A stretch of 64,000 bases of DNA, taken from an uncultured Phycisphaerales bacterium. Lineage in GTDB: Bacteria; Planctomycetota; Phycisphaerae; Sedimentisphaerales; Anaerobacaceae. The stretch lies in assembly GCA_963772725.1 (NCBI GenBank), contig CAVYYI010000001.1, positions 864,001 through 928,000 of the forward strand. Direction: 5' to 3'. Every line of letters begins with the position of its first letter. Positions within the stretch are counted from its first letter, which is position 1. The notes under the pieces are model-generated. The model did no database searches and was not told the origin of the DNA. It saw nothing but the letters and a program-made list of their open reading frames with translations. The translations under genes and the position numbers were made by a program. This document shows positions 53,540-64,000 of the stretch, in pieces.

Positions 53540-54681
53540 AATACAATTTAAAATATTTGCATTCGGTTATTACTCTTATTGCGGCAGGGTTGGTATGTAT
53601 AAGCTGTGCCGATAAGGCAAGATTCAAAACTGAACATAAAGCTGTTAATCTTGATTTCAAAATTGGCCAGATGCTGATGGTAGGTTTTCGAGGCCTGGAT
53701 GTAAATGAGAACTCCCCTATCGCCAGAGACATACGAGAACGGCATCTCGGCGGGGTTGTTCTGTTTGATTATGATGTACCTACGAAAAGTCCTGTTCGCA
53801 ATATCGCTTCACCGGGGCAATTAAAAAAACTCACCGCAAAACTGCAATCCTTTTCAGATATTCCCTTATTGATAGCTATAGATGAAGAAGGCGGCAAAGT
53901 GTCAAGGCTGAAAGAACGATTCGGCTTTGCAGGTACGGTTTCGGCAGAATATCTCGGCAAAATTAATGACTTGCCACTAACCCGCAAGTACGCATCGCAA
54001 ATCGCAAAAAGTCTCGCAAAAGCTGGTATAAATATGAATTTTGCCCCGGTTGTTGATTTAAATATCAATCCGGAAAACCCGGTGATAGGCAGGTTGGAAC
54101 GCAGTTTCTCCGCAGACCCCAATATTGTTGTAAATAACGCCGTTGAGTTTATCAACGCCCATCACGATGAAGGGGTAATGTGCGTTTTGAAACATTTTCC
54201 CGGGCACGGCAGCGGCAGCGCAGATTCACACCTGGGACTGGTCGATGTTACGAACACATGGTCGCAGACAGAGTTGATTCCTTATGAACAGATTATCAGG
54301 ATGAATAAAGTTGACGCAATTATGACGGCACATATTTTTAACGCAAAACTTGACGCCAATTATCCCGCAACACTTTCGAGAAAGATAATTACCGCTCTGC
54401 TGCGTGATAAATTAAATTATGACGGCACCGTAATTTCAGATGATATGCAGATGAGAGCAATCGCGGCAAATTACGGCTTTGAAACAGCCATAGAAAACGC
54501 CATTAACGCGGGGGTCGATGTGATATTAATCGCCAACAATTCCAGTTATGATGAAAATATAACGGAAAAAGCTGTTGCGACAATCAAAAGCCTGATTAAA
54601 CAAGGGAAAATCAGTAAAACCCGCATAAACGAGTCATTTGCCAGACTTATCAAGCTGAAAAGTAAAACAGTGAAACAATAA
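53536..54681 (+). CDS. nagZ: GH3 beta-N-acetylhexosaminidase
   Basis: IDEEGGKVSR, FAPVVD, KHFPGHG...DSH, MTAH, ISDDMQM. Confidence 0.85.
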   Translation: MKYNLKYLHSVITLIAAGLVCISCADKARFKTEHKAVNLDFKIGQMLMVGFRGLDVNENSPIARDIRERHLGGVVLFDYDVPTKSPVRNIASPGQLKKLTAKLQSFSDIPLLIAIDEEGGKVSRLKERFGFAGTVSAEYLGKINDLPLTRKYASQIAKSLAKAGINMNFAPVVDLNINPENPVIGRLERSFSADPNIVVNNAVEFINAHHDEGVMCVLKHFPGHGSGSADSHLGLVDVTNTWSQTELIPYEQIIRMNKVDAIMTAHIFNAKLDANYPATLSRKIITALLRDKLNYDGTVISDDMQMRAIAANYGFETAIENAINAGVDVILIANNSSYDENITEKAVATIKSLIKQGKISKTRINESFARLIKLKSKTVKQ

Positions 54682-55032
54682 TCTGCCGATAATTTTTTAA
54701 ACATTTCTTCATTTAATAATAGCAGCAAACTTGTCGGTGGCAGTGCTTTTCACAGGCAGGCAGAAGAACATTCAGAAATAAAAATTAAAAAACGAATTTT
54801 TTTTACCGTTAGTTAAACAGCCAAAAAGATGATTTTATTGGACATCGCAATAATGAAAATCAATGCCAAACTATATATTGTATCCTCACAAAGAATAAAC
54901 TGTTATTTAGTGGCATAGGTTATGGGGCGTAACAGAAGCATCCAGCCGGAATGCTAAAGAAAAACCAACTGCTCTGTCGATATCGCAATAAGTTAAGAGT
55001 GATTTTTTACCGTCTTAAAAGGGTTTTTATAT

Positions 55033-55182
55033 ATGAGCAAAAGAGAACTGATAGACTACATTTGTGAGATTAACAAAAGCGCCAAGCCGGAATTCCTCGC
55101 GGTCTTTTCGGAAGATGATTTGAAAGCTTATCTCGAACACTTGATGAACCTTGACATAGAGGATATTTCAGTCTGCTGTTAG
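55033..55182 (+). CDS. Small 49-aa protein not in the ORF track
   Basis: MSKRELIDYICEINKSAKPEFLAVFSEDDLKAYLEHLMNLDIEDISVCC; AGGG upstream; amphipathic helices. Confidence 0.55.
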   Translation: MSKRELIDYICEINKSAKPEFLAVFSEDDLKAYLEHLMNLDIEDISVCC

Positions 55183-56301
55183 TATTTCGTCTTTGGATAC
55201 TTTGTCGGCTTTGTTGAAGAAGATTCGGGTGCAGCGGCAGAATTATCCTTGTTGGACACAGGCGAAACACCAGAGGCAGAGGATTCGGGCACTGGTCAGC
55301 GGCTATGCGAGAAGACACTTCGGCAATATTATTTAGTTTAAATTCCACAAGTGCCGGAGCGTAATTATTCGGCACATAAAAAGCTAAGTCTATATTTTCC
55401 GTATCTTTGAGTTCTATTATCTCATCCAATGTTTTTCTCTGGAGCAAATTGGCGGATTTAAGGTATCCTATCGGATAAACGGCTTTGGCATTATTTTTTT
55501 CCTTGCATATAAGCCTTAACTGCGAAAGAGTAAAAGCGCCTGCTGTTCTTTTTACTGTAACACGTACGATATTAATGGTATGTCCACTTTTAGTCTTTAC
55601 CGGCTGCGAATCGGCTGAATCTTTAAGACCGTCCGGCACTCCCACACGCCCCCTTTTCTGGGTACTTCTATCGCAGGAGAACTATAAGTTACAGGAAGAA
55701 CTTTACCAGATGTTTTTAGCCGGTTAAGAAAAACCTGGTCGAGGAAATCGGCGTGAACGGCAGCAAAGCTGTTTTTACCGCTGAAGCTGCCGCCGCTTAC
55801 CATACTGAACCAGCCCGCGGCGAAACCATCCACACTAAGCAATACTTTGCGCGGACTTTCAGGGTCAGGATTGTTTTCACTGAACCGCTGGTAAGGATTT
55901 TTATTAGATAAAGGCGCCATCGCCATAGCGGTAATCAATAAGCCGGACAAAATAAGGCCAAGAAAAACGCCGACAAAAGCACGACCGATACGATCAGGCA
56001 GAACCCCAAGACTAATCGGCTGTTTGGCAAGCTGGGCGAATATCGACTGCAAAACAGCAAAAGACACAACAAACAACAGTATAAAACAAAGGGTTTGTCC
56101 CCACGGTATAATTTTGACATACCTGCTGTCATTTCCCCTGTTTATAAAGAAACTCGCTGCGGTTTCAAAGTAATTAAAGGCAACAATAGCTGCACAAATA
56201 ACCATAATAAAGGCGGCAAAGGACTTTACAAACGAACCTTTGAAATACTGATAAGCAGCACAACCTAAAACTATCAACAAAACAACTAAACTTGCCATCA
56301 A
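55179..56301 (-). CDS. CvpA-family membrane protein with soluble C-terminal extension, frameshifted; 3' end approximate
   Basis: Four TM with KGSFVKSF..AFNYFE..DRIGRAFVGVFLG pattern. Confidence 0.6.
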
Positions 56302-56335
56302 TGGATCTCCACTATTTTAACACAAATTAAACTAA

Positions 56336-58020
56336 CTACGTCGGCTCCTTCGGTGTCTGCGTTTTTTGTTTCGGCGCTTCAGCTCTTTTAGGGGCTGAAA
56401 AAATTCTGGCCATTTCATTAACTGCAGTTTCTCCGGAAATAACTTTTCTCAAAGCCTGTTCCTGCAGGTAAAGCATTTTAGCGGCTCTGAAGTGCTTGGC
56501 GACATCTTGCATGGGTACAGACTGCTTAATCGTTTCCCGCAGCTGGTCATTGATTACAATAATCTCAAAAATGCCCATTCTGCCGATAAAGCCGATTCCC
56601 TGGCAGGTCTCGCAGTCCGTAGGTTTTCCGTGTTTGTCATATTGCACTTTTCCCGGCCGGTAAAGAACTTTGGTTTTCTCACCAGATAGATTAAACTTCC
56701 TGAGAACCTCTTCATTCGGCGCATAAGCCTGCTTGCATTCAGGGCAAAGCTTCCTCAGAAGCCGCTGATTGCTTATGCCAACAACATATTCAACGGCAAG
56801 TTTTCTGTCGCCAACCAGATTTATCCATTTATCCAACGCCTGTATAACGCTGTCAGCTTCAATAGTAATATAAATAAGCTTACCCTCTTTGGCAGCGTTA
56901 CATACTATTTTCGCCGTTTCGGCGTCTTCACAGTCTGCCACACCGACAATATCAGGCCCCATCCTTGTTATACTTTGCAGCTTTTTACCATAGGTTGTCG
57001 TTCCAGTATCATCGCTGAGACTGAAAATCCTCTGGTTTATGTTAAGCAAGGTAGCGGTAGGACGTCTTTCGAGTGTGTCAATACTGTTGAGAAAGGCGTC
57101 GTGGCCACTCAGTAATGCATAAAATGTGCTTGTTACGCCTGATTTTTTTGTACCGGAGACAATAAATATGCCCTGTTTCAAATCACGGATTTCTGAAAGC
57201 TGCTTTAACTGCTCAGGTGTCAATCCGAGGTCCTGAATTTTTGTGATACTCTGCTGGCCCATCAACTTAATTTGAACCTGTTCACCAATTGTAGAACCCG
57301 CAGTAATTACCTCCCATTCAACATCACTTTTGCCGCGTCTTATCTTGAATTCGCCTTTTTGCGGCTTTCTTCGCTCCTTCATATCCAGGTCGGAAAGACT
57401 TTTGATAAAATGAACAAGAAACTGTGCCTGTTCTCTTTCGAGTGAGGGCTGCCTCATTGCTACGCCGTCAATTTCATAGACAACATCATACCCCTGCGAA
57501 GAGGGTGTGAAGGCAACAGTATTAGCACGACGCCACATCGCATCATTGAAAATATCATAAGCTGTTCTATAACCGGTATATTCAGGAGTTTTAGGGCGAG
57601 GCATAGGAATTTCATTGTTGTTGGCGGTTACAAAAAGAAAGGTTTTAAGATTTTCGAGTTTATCCTGTTTCTTTTTTGTTAAAAGGCCTTTTATATGCTC
57701 TAAAGTCAATACGCGTTCATATTCGAGAACCAAAACATTTCGGTGTTTAACATAAGCCATACCGGTAAAGCCCACAGCCATAAGAAATACTACCATTCCA
57801 ATCAGGAATACGGGAACAATCATAAAAATGATTATCGCGATAGCACTGAACCAAAGACAACAGATGTCCACATAATTTCATCTGTTTGTACCTCTTGGGC
57901 ATCCCGGTATACCCAGCTAACCAGCGGAATCCACAAAAAAAACAGGATAAGGAAAACTATAAATTTGATTATAGAAATGTATCCGCTATATTCGACTGCA
58001 CTAAGAAGCAAATCTGACAT
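56336..58020 (-). CDS. GspE/PilB-like protein with N-terminal TM segments and degenerate Walker motifs, frameshift near 57850
   Basis: YEIDGV, DMKERRKPQKG, STIGEQ, NQRLLRKLCPEC...CETC, GRMGIFE. Confidence 0.82.
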
Positions 58021-58051
58021 CAAAATACTCCGTTATGAAACATATAAAATA

Positions 58052-59184
58052 TTACAAAATACCACTTGCAGTTGTCCTGATACCCTTTAGTGCCATTTTC
58101 AATTCTTCCACGTTAGGCGCATATTCCAGAGCGACTTTCAGCTCAATCCACTCTTCCATAACAAGTTTTCGAAGACTTTCGGTAAAGTCCTGCATTCCCT
58201 CGTTCTGGCAGGCACGAATTGCACTGGGTATATCAGACTCACGCTCTTCAGCAATGAGTTTTTTAACGATAGGATTAGCAATAAGTATCTCAATTGCAGG
58301 TACTCTTCTTGCATCCGGCTTTATCCCCGGCAGCAATTGCTGGCTTATAACAGCCCTGATAGTCAGAGCAAATGTCTGCCTGGCGAGGTCTCTTTCTTCC
58401 TGCGGAAAAAGGTCGAGAATTCGCTGTATGGTCTGCGACGCGCTGGCGGCGTGAAGTGTCCCAAAAACAAGGTGTCCTGTTTCAGTGCCCTCATCGCAGC
58501 GGTCAGGGTTTCATTATCCCTCATTTCACCTACTACTACTACATCAGGGTCTTCACGCATCAAAGACCGCAGGGCATCGTTATAGTTCGGCACATCAATT
58601 CCAACTTCTCTTTGCGAAACAATACATTTTTGGTCCCGGTAAAAATACTCGATGGGGTCTTCAATTGTAACAATATGGTAAGACTTGTTTCTATTAATAT
58701 GGTCTATCATTGATGCAATAGTAGTAGTTTTGCCGCAGCCTGTAGGTCCCGTTACAAGAACCAACCCATCGGGCTGGTCGGCAATTTTTTCTATGACGGA
58801 CGGCAGATGCCAGCGTCTCAAAGAGAGGTATTACACTGGTTATATGCCTTGCCGCAAGACTAATCATTCCACGCTGACGAAACACATTAATTCTGAAACG
58901 GTCTGAATCGGCAACCTGCCAGGCAAAATCCAAGGCGCATTTTCCAAAAAAAAGCTTTTCTGTGCGGGAGTCATAATCTCAAAAACAAACTTTTCCATTA
59001 ATTCTTCAGTCATCACCTCACTGTTTGTATTTTTCAAAATGCTGTGAATACGCATTTTGGGGGGCTGACCGACTTTCAAGTGAAGGTCGCTGGCCTCCAT
59101 TTTTATAGCGGCCCTAAAAAACTTGTTTATCGCCGGCTCATAAGTCATAGCCATATGGCTGTCAATCGGCTGACCTTTAATCAT
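58052..59184 (-). CDS. pilT: PilT/PilU retraction ATPase, multiple frameshifts
   Basis: ASDLHLKVG, RFRINVFRQRG, GPTGCGKTTT, TIEDPIE, QREVG, REDPDVVVVGEMRD, GMQDF. Confidence 0.88.
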
Positions 59185-59351
59185 TTATACGCTCCACCTT
59201 TTTAAAATTAATCCGTTTCAAACGTCGGCAATCAGGTGCAATTGCATACAAACAGGTAATCTCTGCTGTAAGACCTTAATTAGCAAACTATTAGATATTA
59301 TAGAGGTTAATGCCAATTTGTCAATCCTGATGGTCGGACAATGTATCTTTC

Positions 59352-59846
59352 TCAATTCAAGGATTCTTTGCTTGCACCGCAACCGACCGTACAGGTACTA
59401 TGCTTCATTTTCAGCTCATAGAGAAGATTGTTCTTCTCTATAAGTTTTGCAATAATATTAATCTGATTCAGCACTATTTCAATTAAATCGCTGTTAATCA
59501 GCGCCGATTCCGGGCCGTTTGCGGTTAAGGCGACAATAACATAACCGCACTTGGTGTGCCTGGTCGTTAACTGAGCAGCCGTAATACTGACATCATTTAC
59601 CTGGGTTAGTACCGGTTCTTCGCCATCATCAATTTTCCCGCACAATTCTTTCAAAAAAACTTCGCTAAGATTCAATTTATGGAATTTTTCAGAATCGCTC
59701 GGCCAGCAGTTTCCATGGCAGTCCCTGATTACCACAACCGGTCCGTTGTCAGGCAAAATATCAAAAACATGGCGTGCTATCTGCTCATTAAGACCCCATG
59801 CAACAGAACTATTTACCGTCGATAATGATAAATGATATTTGTCCAT
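59352..59846 (-). CDS. Hypothetical protein (GAF-like fold possible)
   Basis: AAGGAG RBS before MDKYH; intact 164-aa frame. Confidence 0.6.
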   Translation of the reverse strand: MDKYHLSLSTVNSSVAWGLNEQIARHVFDILPDNGPVVVIRDCHGNCWPSDSEKFHKLNLSEVFLKELCGKIDDGEEPVLTQVNDVSITAAQLTTRHTKCGYVIVALTANGPESALINSDLIEIVLNQINIIAKLIEKNNLLYELKMKHSTCTVGCGASKESLN

Positions 59847-59874
59847 AATCTGACTCCTTTCTTTAGACTGTTTA

Positions 59875-61529
59875 AAGCCTTTTGTAAAATTCATAAATAT
59901 TTGTTAAATAACGACTTATGTCATTATTTTTCTTGCAATCTCCTCCATTTTGGATATTATGTAAGCGTTGTCAGTAAAAGGACTTACAACCAAAATAAAG
60001 GAGATTTTTTTATGTACCACGTTCAAACGTCACTATTTTATGACCTCCAGGAGCTTGTCAGAAATTCATCGCTGCTGCGAAAGTACTTCTATCTCTTTCA
60101 GGCTCTCGATATTTCCATTCTGCCCGACAGAAACTTCGGTGTCGGCAGAACAGGTCACTCACGACATGCCATCCTGAGAGCCACTCATCGTCAAACATCT
60201 TCAGCAAATAAAATCTGTCCCTGAGCTTATCGAATATCTTCAAGCCAATCCGCCTCTGCTGGAACTGTGCGGCTTTACGCTCGGGAATATGCCGGACGAA
60301 TCCCAATTCTATCGTTTCTTGGCAGATACCGATAACTCTGTTCTCAAAGAAATTCATTACCGTCTAAATCAGCGGCTTATCGAACAGGGATTAGTCAGCC
60401 TTGATACCTTGATCATTGACTCCAAACCTGTTATGGCTGCCACAAAAGAAAATAATCTCAAAAATCCCGCCCGAAACACCACCGATAAAACCAAGACGCC
60501 CACTCGAAATCCTGCTGCAACATTGAGCTATTATTCTTGTCAGGTCCTCAACGGCAAAAAGGAAAACATGCTGTTCTTCTGGGGATACAGGACACATGTC
60601 ATAATCTCAAAACAAGGAATATCGCTTGTTGAAATAACTCTGCCAAACAACACCACAGACCAGCAGGTTGCCTTCAAGCTGCTTAAAGAACTCAAACGCA
60701 GATACAGGGTCAGAAAAGGCTTTCTGTTTCTTGCGGATAAGGCCTACGATGTCAGAGACCTGTACACCTTTATAGTTGGAAAGATGAAGGGAAACCCATA
60801 TATCCCAATCAACCCAAGAAATCAGAAAGATGACAAGACTTTTGGCCCTCACGGCTGTCCCATCTGTGATGCTGGTCTTGAAATGAGGTCGACCGGAAGA
60901 TGGACCGAGGGCAATCGTGAACGCATCAAGTTTCGCTGCCCCTTAAAGGTCAGCAAAAAGACTGCTGAAAAACTTAGTAACACCTGTCCGGTAAACCTTC
61001 CATCCTTCAATACCGGCAAATGCTACGGCTGTACCAAGTACATTGATATCACTGAAGATGCACGTTCGCGTGTCCCAAGGGATTCAAGGGAATTTAAGGA
61101 AACTTTCAAGCAAAGAGAATCAGTCGAGCAATACTTTGCTCGGTTAGGAGACCGTGAAGCTGAACAGACTACGCACTATTCATTGAAAACCGTGCGTAAT
61201 CAGATGACAATCGCTCATCTGACGGCAAGTCTTATCGGCGTTGCCGCTGCTATATTGCTTAAACAGCCCGGGAAAATGCGTTGCCATAAAACATTCGCAC
61301 AAATACCAAACCGACGCAAGGCCGGCTGATGTCTCAGTTGACGTTGAACGATTAACTTTTCAAAGAGCTAAGACAGAACTCTCGGGGATACTCTGTCTCT
61401 AAACAGGCCTTCTGGCCTTAAAAAAACCAAAATTCACACTCATGCTGCAATAATCCATCAGTTCCACTGCCATTGCGTTGTTTATCCGTTCCGACCTCTG
61501 CTAAAAATCATTCATTTTGCAGAAGTCTT
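59875..61529 (+). mobile_element. IS element (DUF772+DDE transposase, IS1182/IS5-like)
   Basis: Imperfect IR AAGCCTTTTGTAAAAT / AAGACTTCTGCAAAAT; direct repeat TAGACTGTTTA at 59864-59874 and 61530-61540. Confidence 0.85.
60012..61329 (+). CDS. Transposase, frameshift near 60180
   Basis: VGRTG, CGF...PDESQFYRF, IIDSKP, WGYRTH, ADKAYD, RESVEQYF. Confidence 0.88.
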
Positions 61530-61689
61530 TAGACTGTTTACAACACAGATTTCGGAATAATCGGAGGCTGACTTGGATTTATAATACTGTTTGGGGCTAA
61601 TTCTTTGAAAAAACCGCAAGAACCATCTCAAAACATGAGGTTATGGGACCAATATGGACAACGAGGGAATATGTAAAAACCGATAAATC

Positions 61690-62331
61690 TTACTTGAGCA
61701 TTGACTTTAATCTGCTCATAGAGAAATGTTTGCCCGGGCAATCTGTTTTATGAGGAATGCCGGGCGTTGTGCCATGCCCATAAATACGGCTTGTTGGGAT
61801 TTTATAGCGTTGTTGTAAAAAGTTGACAAGTTTTGCGAGGGACTGCATCTGTTTGGGCGTGGGGGTGGTTTGGTCAAAATTGCCAACCAGGCAAATCCCA
61901 ATTCCGTCCTTATTTGCCCAATTATCGGGGGTGCCGCCTACATGTGCACCTGTTACCTGCTGGGTCCAGCGAACTGTAACTTCAACCTGCCCGTCACCGC
62001 TATCGCTTCCGTTACCGATTACAAAGTCATAACCTACACTGTCCCAATGCCGCCCTTCTCGGTGCCATTTATCAAAAATAGCCATATTTCCAGAAGCACT
62101 GCCTGAATGATGAACGATTATGGCCGTCCATTTTTTTTCCAACGATGATGGTGGAACCCAGTCTGACGGCGCACTTGGTTTAGGGGGCTGGTATGTTGAA
62201 GGATGGCTCGATACGGGAGATACAGTTTGTCTTGCCGGAGTGTAAGATGTTATTTGCGGCTTCCCTTCGTCAGAGGCGCAACCGCTTACAATTAAAAGAC
62301 CTGCGCAAAACATCAATACTTTTTTTACCAT
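61690..62331 (-). CDS. N-acetylmuramoyl-L-alanine amidase (Amidase_2/PGRP) lipoprotein
   Basis: Lipobox VSGC; IVHHS, GYDFVIGNG, GAH, IGICLVGNF, GH...TDCPG. Confidence 0.9.
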   Translation of the reverse strand: MVKKVLMFCAGLLIVSGCASDEGKPQITSYTPARQTVSPVSSHPSTYQPPKPSAPSDWVPPSSLEKKWTAIIVHHSGSASGNMAIFDKWHREGRHWDSVGYDFVIGNGSDSGDGQVEVTVRWTQQVTGAHVGGTPDNWANKDGIGICLVGNFDQTTPTPKQMQSLAKLVNFLQQRYKIPTSRIYGHGTTPGIPHKTDCPGKHFSMSRLKSMLK

Positions 62332-62393
62332 TTAAATTTACCTGCCTTTGCTATTTTAACATAAATTACTATAAATTGTTTTCTGTTATATAT

Positions 62394-62831
62394 TTAGTTT
62401 ACATCATTTTGATGCTTTTTCCTTTTGTATTTAACCATGTGAAGACAGGTGCCTTTATTGTTAAAATCGACAACATCCATATAAGAACGTATCAGAAACA
62501 GTCCCCTGCCGCCGGTTTTATAAATATTTCCACCACATCGGGGGTCCGGTATGTCCTGCGGATTAAAGCCCTGTCCCTGGTCTGTTACAGAAATCTCTGC
62601 CTTATCAGGGCTTATGGCGTACTCGATTTTAACCTCTTTTGAGGTAACCATTTTATTGCCATGCTTAATGGCATTTGTAAACGCTTCTTCCAGCGCGAGG
62701 TGAACCGCAAAAACATCCTCATCAGCAAAACCATAACTTTCAAGTTCAGATAAAAGCATTTTACACACTTCCACAATGGCGGAAGGCACGCTTTGAACGG
62801 TTAACGAATGTTTGGTTACCACTTTTGACAC
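62394..62831 (-). CDS. rsbW: Anti-sigma factor Ser/Thr kinase (RsbW-like)
   Basis: LEEAFTNAIKHGN, DQGQGF, GGRGLFLI. Confidence 0.85.
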   Translation of the reverse strand: MSKVVTKHSLTVQSVPSAIVEVCKMLLSELESYGFADEDVFAVHLALEEAFTNAIKHGNKMVTSKEVKIEYAISPDKAEISVTDQGQGFNPQDIPDPRCGGNIYKTGGRGLFLIRSYMDVVDFNNKGTCLHMVKYKRKKHQNDVN

Positions 62832-62980
62832 AATGAGTTATACCACTTTTCCCGCTTTTTACAAGAACCTTGGCAAAGGCGGATTTATTATCATTATACT
62901 ATACTTAATACTATCTTAAATAAAGTTACAGCTAAAAATGATTAATCTTATACTTTTTGAGTCAAATCCTAAAAATAAAA

Positions 62981-63349
62981 TTAATCTGCCGCAGCTAAAC
63001 TCTGAACCGCGCTATCCACATCCTGACAAATATCAAAAATCTTTGTCAGACGCGTTATTTTGAAAATTTCGTATATCTTCGGATTAATACTGCAAAGCCT
63101 TAACTGGCCGTTACGTTCATAGATTTTCTTGCTGATTTTAATCAAAAGGCCTAAAACCGCCGAAGACAGGAACTTGACGTTATGGAAGTCCAAAACCAGC
63201 TTTATCTGCTCTGCCTGCTCAATAACAGAGGTTATTGACTCGTAGAGGGCCTGTATGTCCTTTTCTTCGAGGATTCTTTCGTCGGTAAAAGCTATAATAA
63301 CCGCTTTATCGGTATATTCAACGCTAATTCTTGGTTTTAACGGTTCCAT
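62981..63349 (-). CDS. rsbV: STAS anti-sigma antagonist (RsbV-like)
   Basis: LDFHNVKFLSSAVLG, IFKITRL. Confidence 0.85.
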   Translation of the reverse strand: MEPLKPRISVEYTDKAVIIAFTDERILEEKDIQALYESITSVIEQAEQIKLVLDFHNVKFLSSAVLGLLIKISKKIYERNGQLRLCSINPKIYEIFKITRLTKIFDICQDVDSAVQSLAAAD

Positions 63350-63610
63350 ATCTATCTCCGTAAAAAACTTCATAAATTAAGAGAAAATCCTATGATATAA
63401 CGTCTTACATGTCAAGTTTTTTGCAAAAACTAAAAAAAATTTTAATTTTTTAATATTTTCATCAAGAAATCCCTTGCTATTTGAAGCTATTTCAAAGATT
63501 ATTTGTTTTATATGGGTTTATAGTCTTTCAGAAATTTGATTAAAAAAATGGCAGATAAGTGAAGTTTGAAAGTTTTTTAGTATATTAATATTTTTTGAAG
63601 GAGAACAAAC

Positions 63611-64000
63611 ATGAAAATTAGCAGGTCAACAGCTTATGGATTGCTGGCAGTGGGGTACATTGCTCAGCATCAGGACAAGAAAATTATTCTGTCCAACAGT
63701 ATTTCCGAAGAGTATAATATACCTTTGGAATATTTACTTAAGATACTGCAGCAGCTTGTCAGAGGCAACATCCTGCGCAGTAAGAGAGGCCCCAGAGGCG
63801 GATTTTCTATGGCTAAACCGACAAAGAAAATCACAATGCTCGAGATAGTTGAGGCCGTTGACGGCCCAATGGTCAGCCAGCTGGATATGGCAGAGCAGGC
63901 GCCAAAGGAAAAATTCGGCATAAGGGCAGAAGCCGTTTATCAAAAGGCAATCGACTCGGCCAGGAGCGTGTTCGCAAAGACCAAGCTCTCTGACCTCCTG
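63611..64000 (+). CDS. Rrf2-family transcriptional regulator; runs off window end
   Basis: AAGGAG RBS; MKISRSTAYGL...YLLKILQQLV...SKRGPRGGF...EIVEAVDG. Confidence 0.9.
   Translation, partial: MKISRSTAYGLLAVGYIAQHQDKKIILSNSISEEYNIPLEYLLKILQQLVRGNILRSKRGPRGGFSMAKPTKKITMLEIVEAVDGPMVSQLDMAEQAPKEKFGIRAEAVYQKAIDSARSVFAKTKLSDLL

Overview
Chromosomal window from what looks like an anaerobic Planctomycetota (Phycisphaerae/Sedimentisphaerales-like) genome. The taxonomy is inferred from dockerin-like C-termini, a prepilin/H-X9-DG protein and a TM-anchored GspE-like protein. Many genes, including housekeeping ones (accA, purL, pilT), carry single-base frameshifts, which suggests uncorrected long-read indels. 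In order the window holds: an M14 peptidase; an Ehr/Hyf-like membrane complex whose large subunit lacks NiFe ligands, headed by an HTH-PTS IIA gene; a low-GC decayed RHS/toxin-immunity-like islet hit by IS66 and IS630 insertions; a cytoplasmic FN3 gene preceded by a degenerate 21-bp periodic array; a GGCT-amidoligase-like fusion; tRNA-Lys with a small PIN islet; accA, tyrA, purL, purQ; LplT/Aas-like genes; a cobalamin-riboswitch-controlled beta-propeller/dockerin plus pseudopilin operon; a B12-binding radical SAM, UROD/MtaA-like and SSS genes; an aminotransferase, glycosylation genes and nagZ; a CvpA / degenerate PilB / PilT cluster; an amidase, RsbW/RsbV and Rrf2. Six IS copies have identifiable terminal repeats and target duplications. 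No CRISPR array or rRNA was seen. All family assignments come from motif reading, not database searches.
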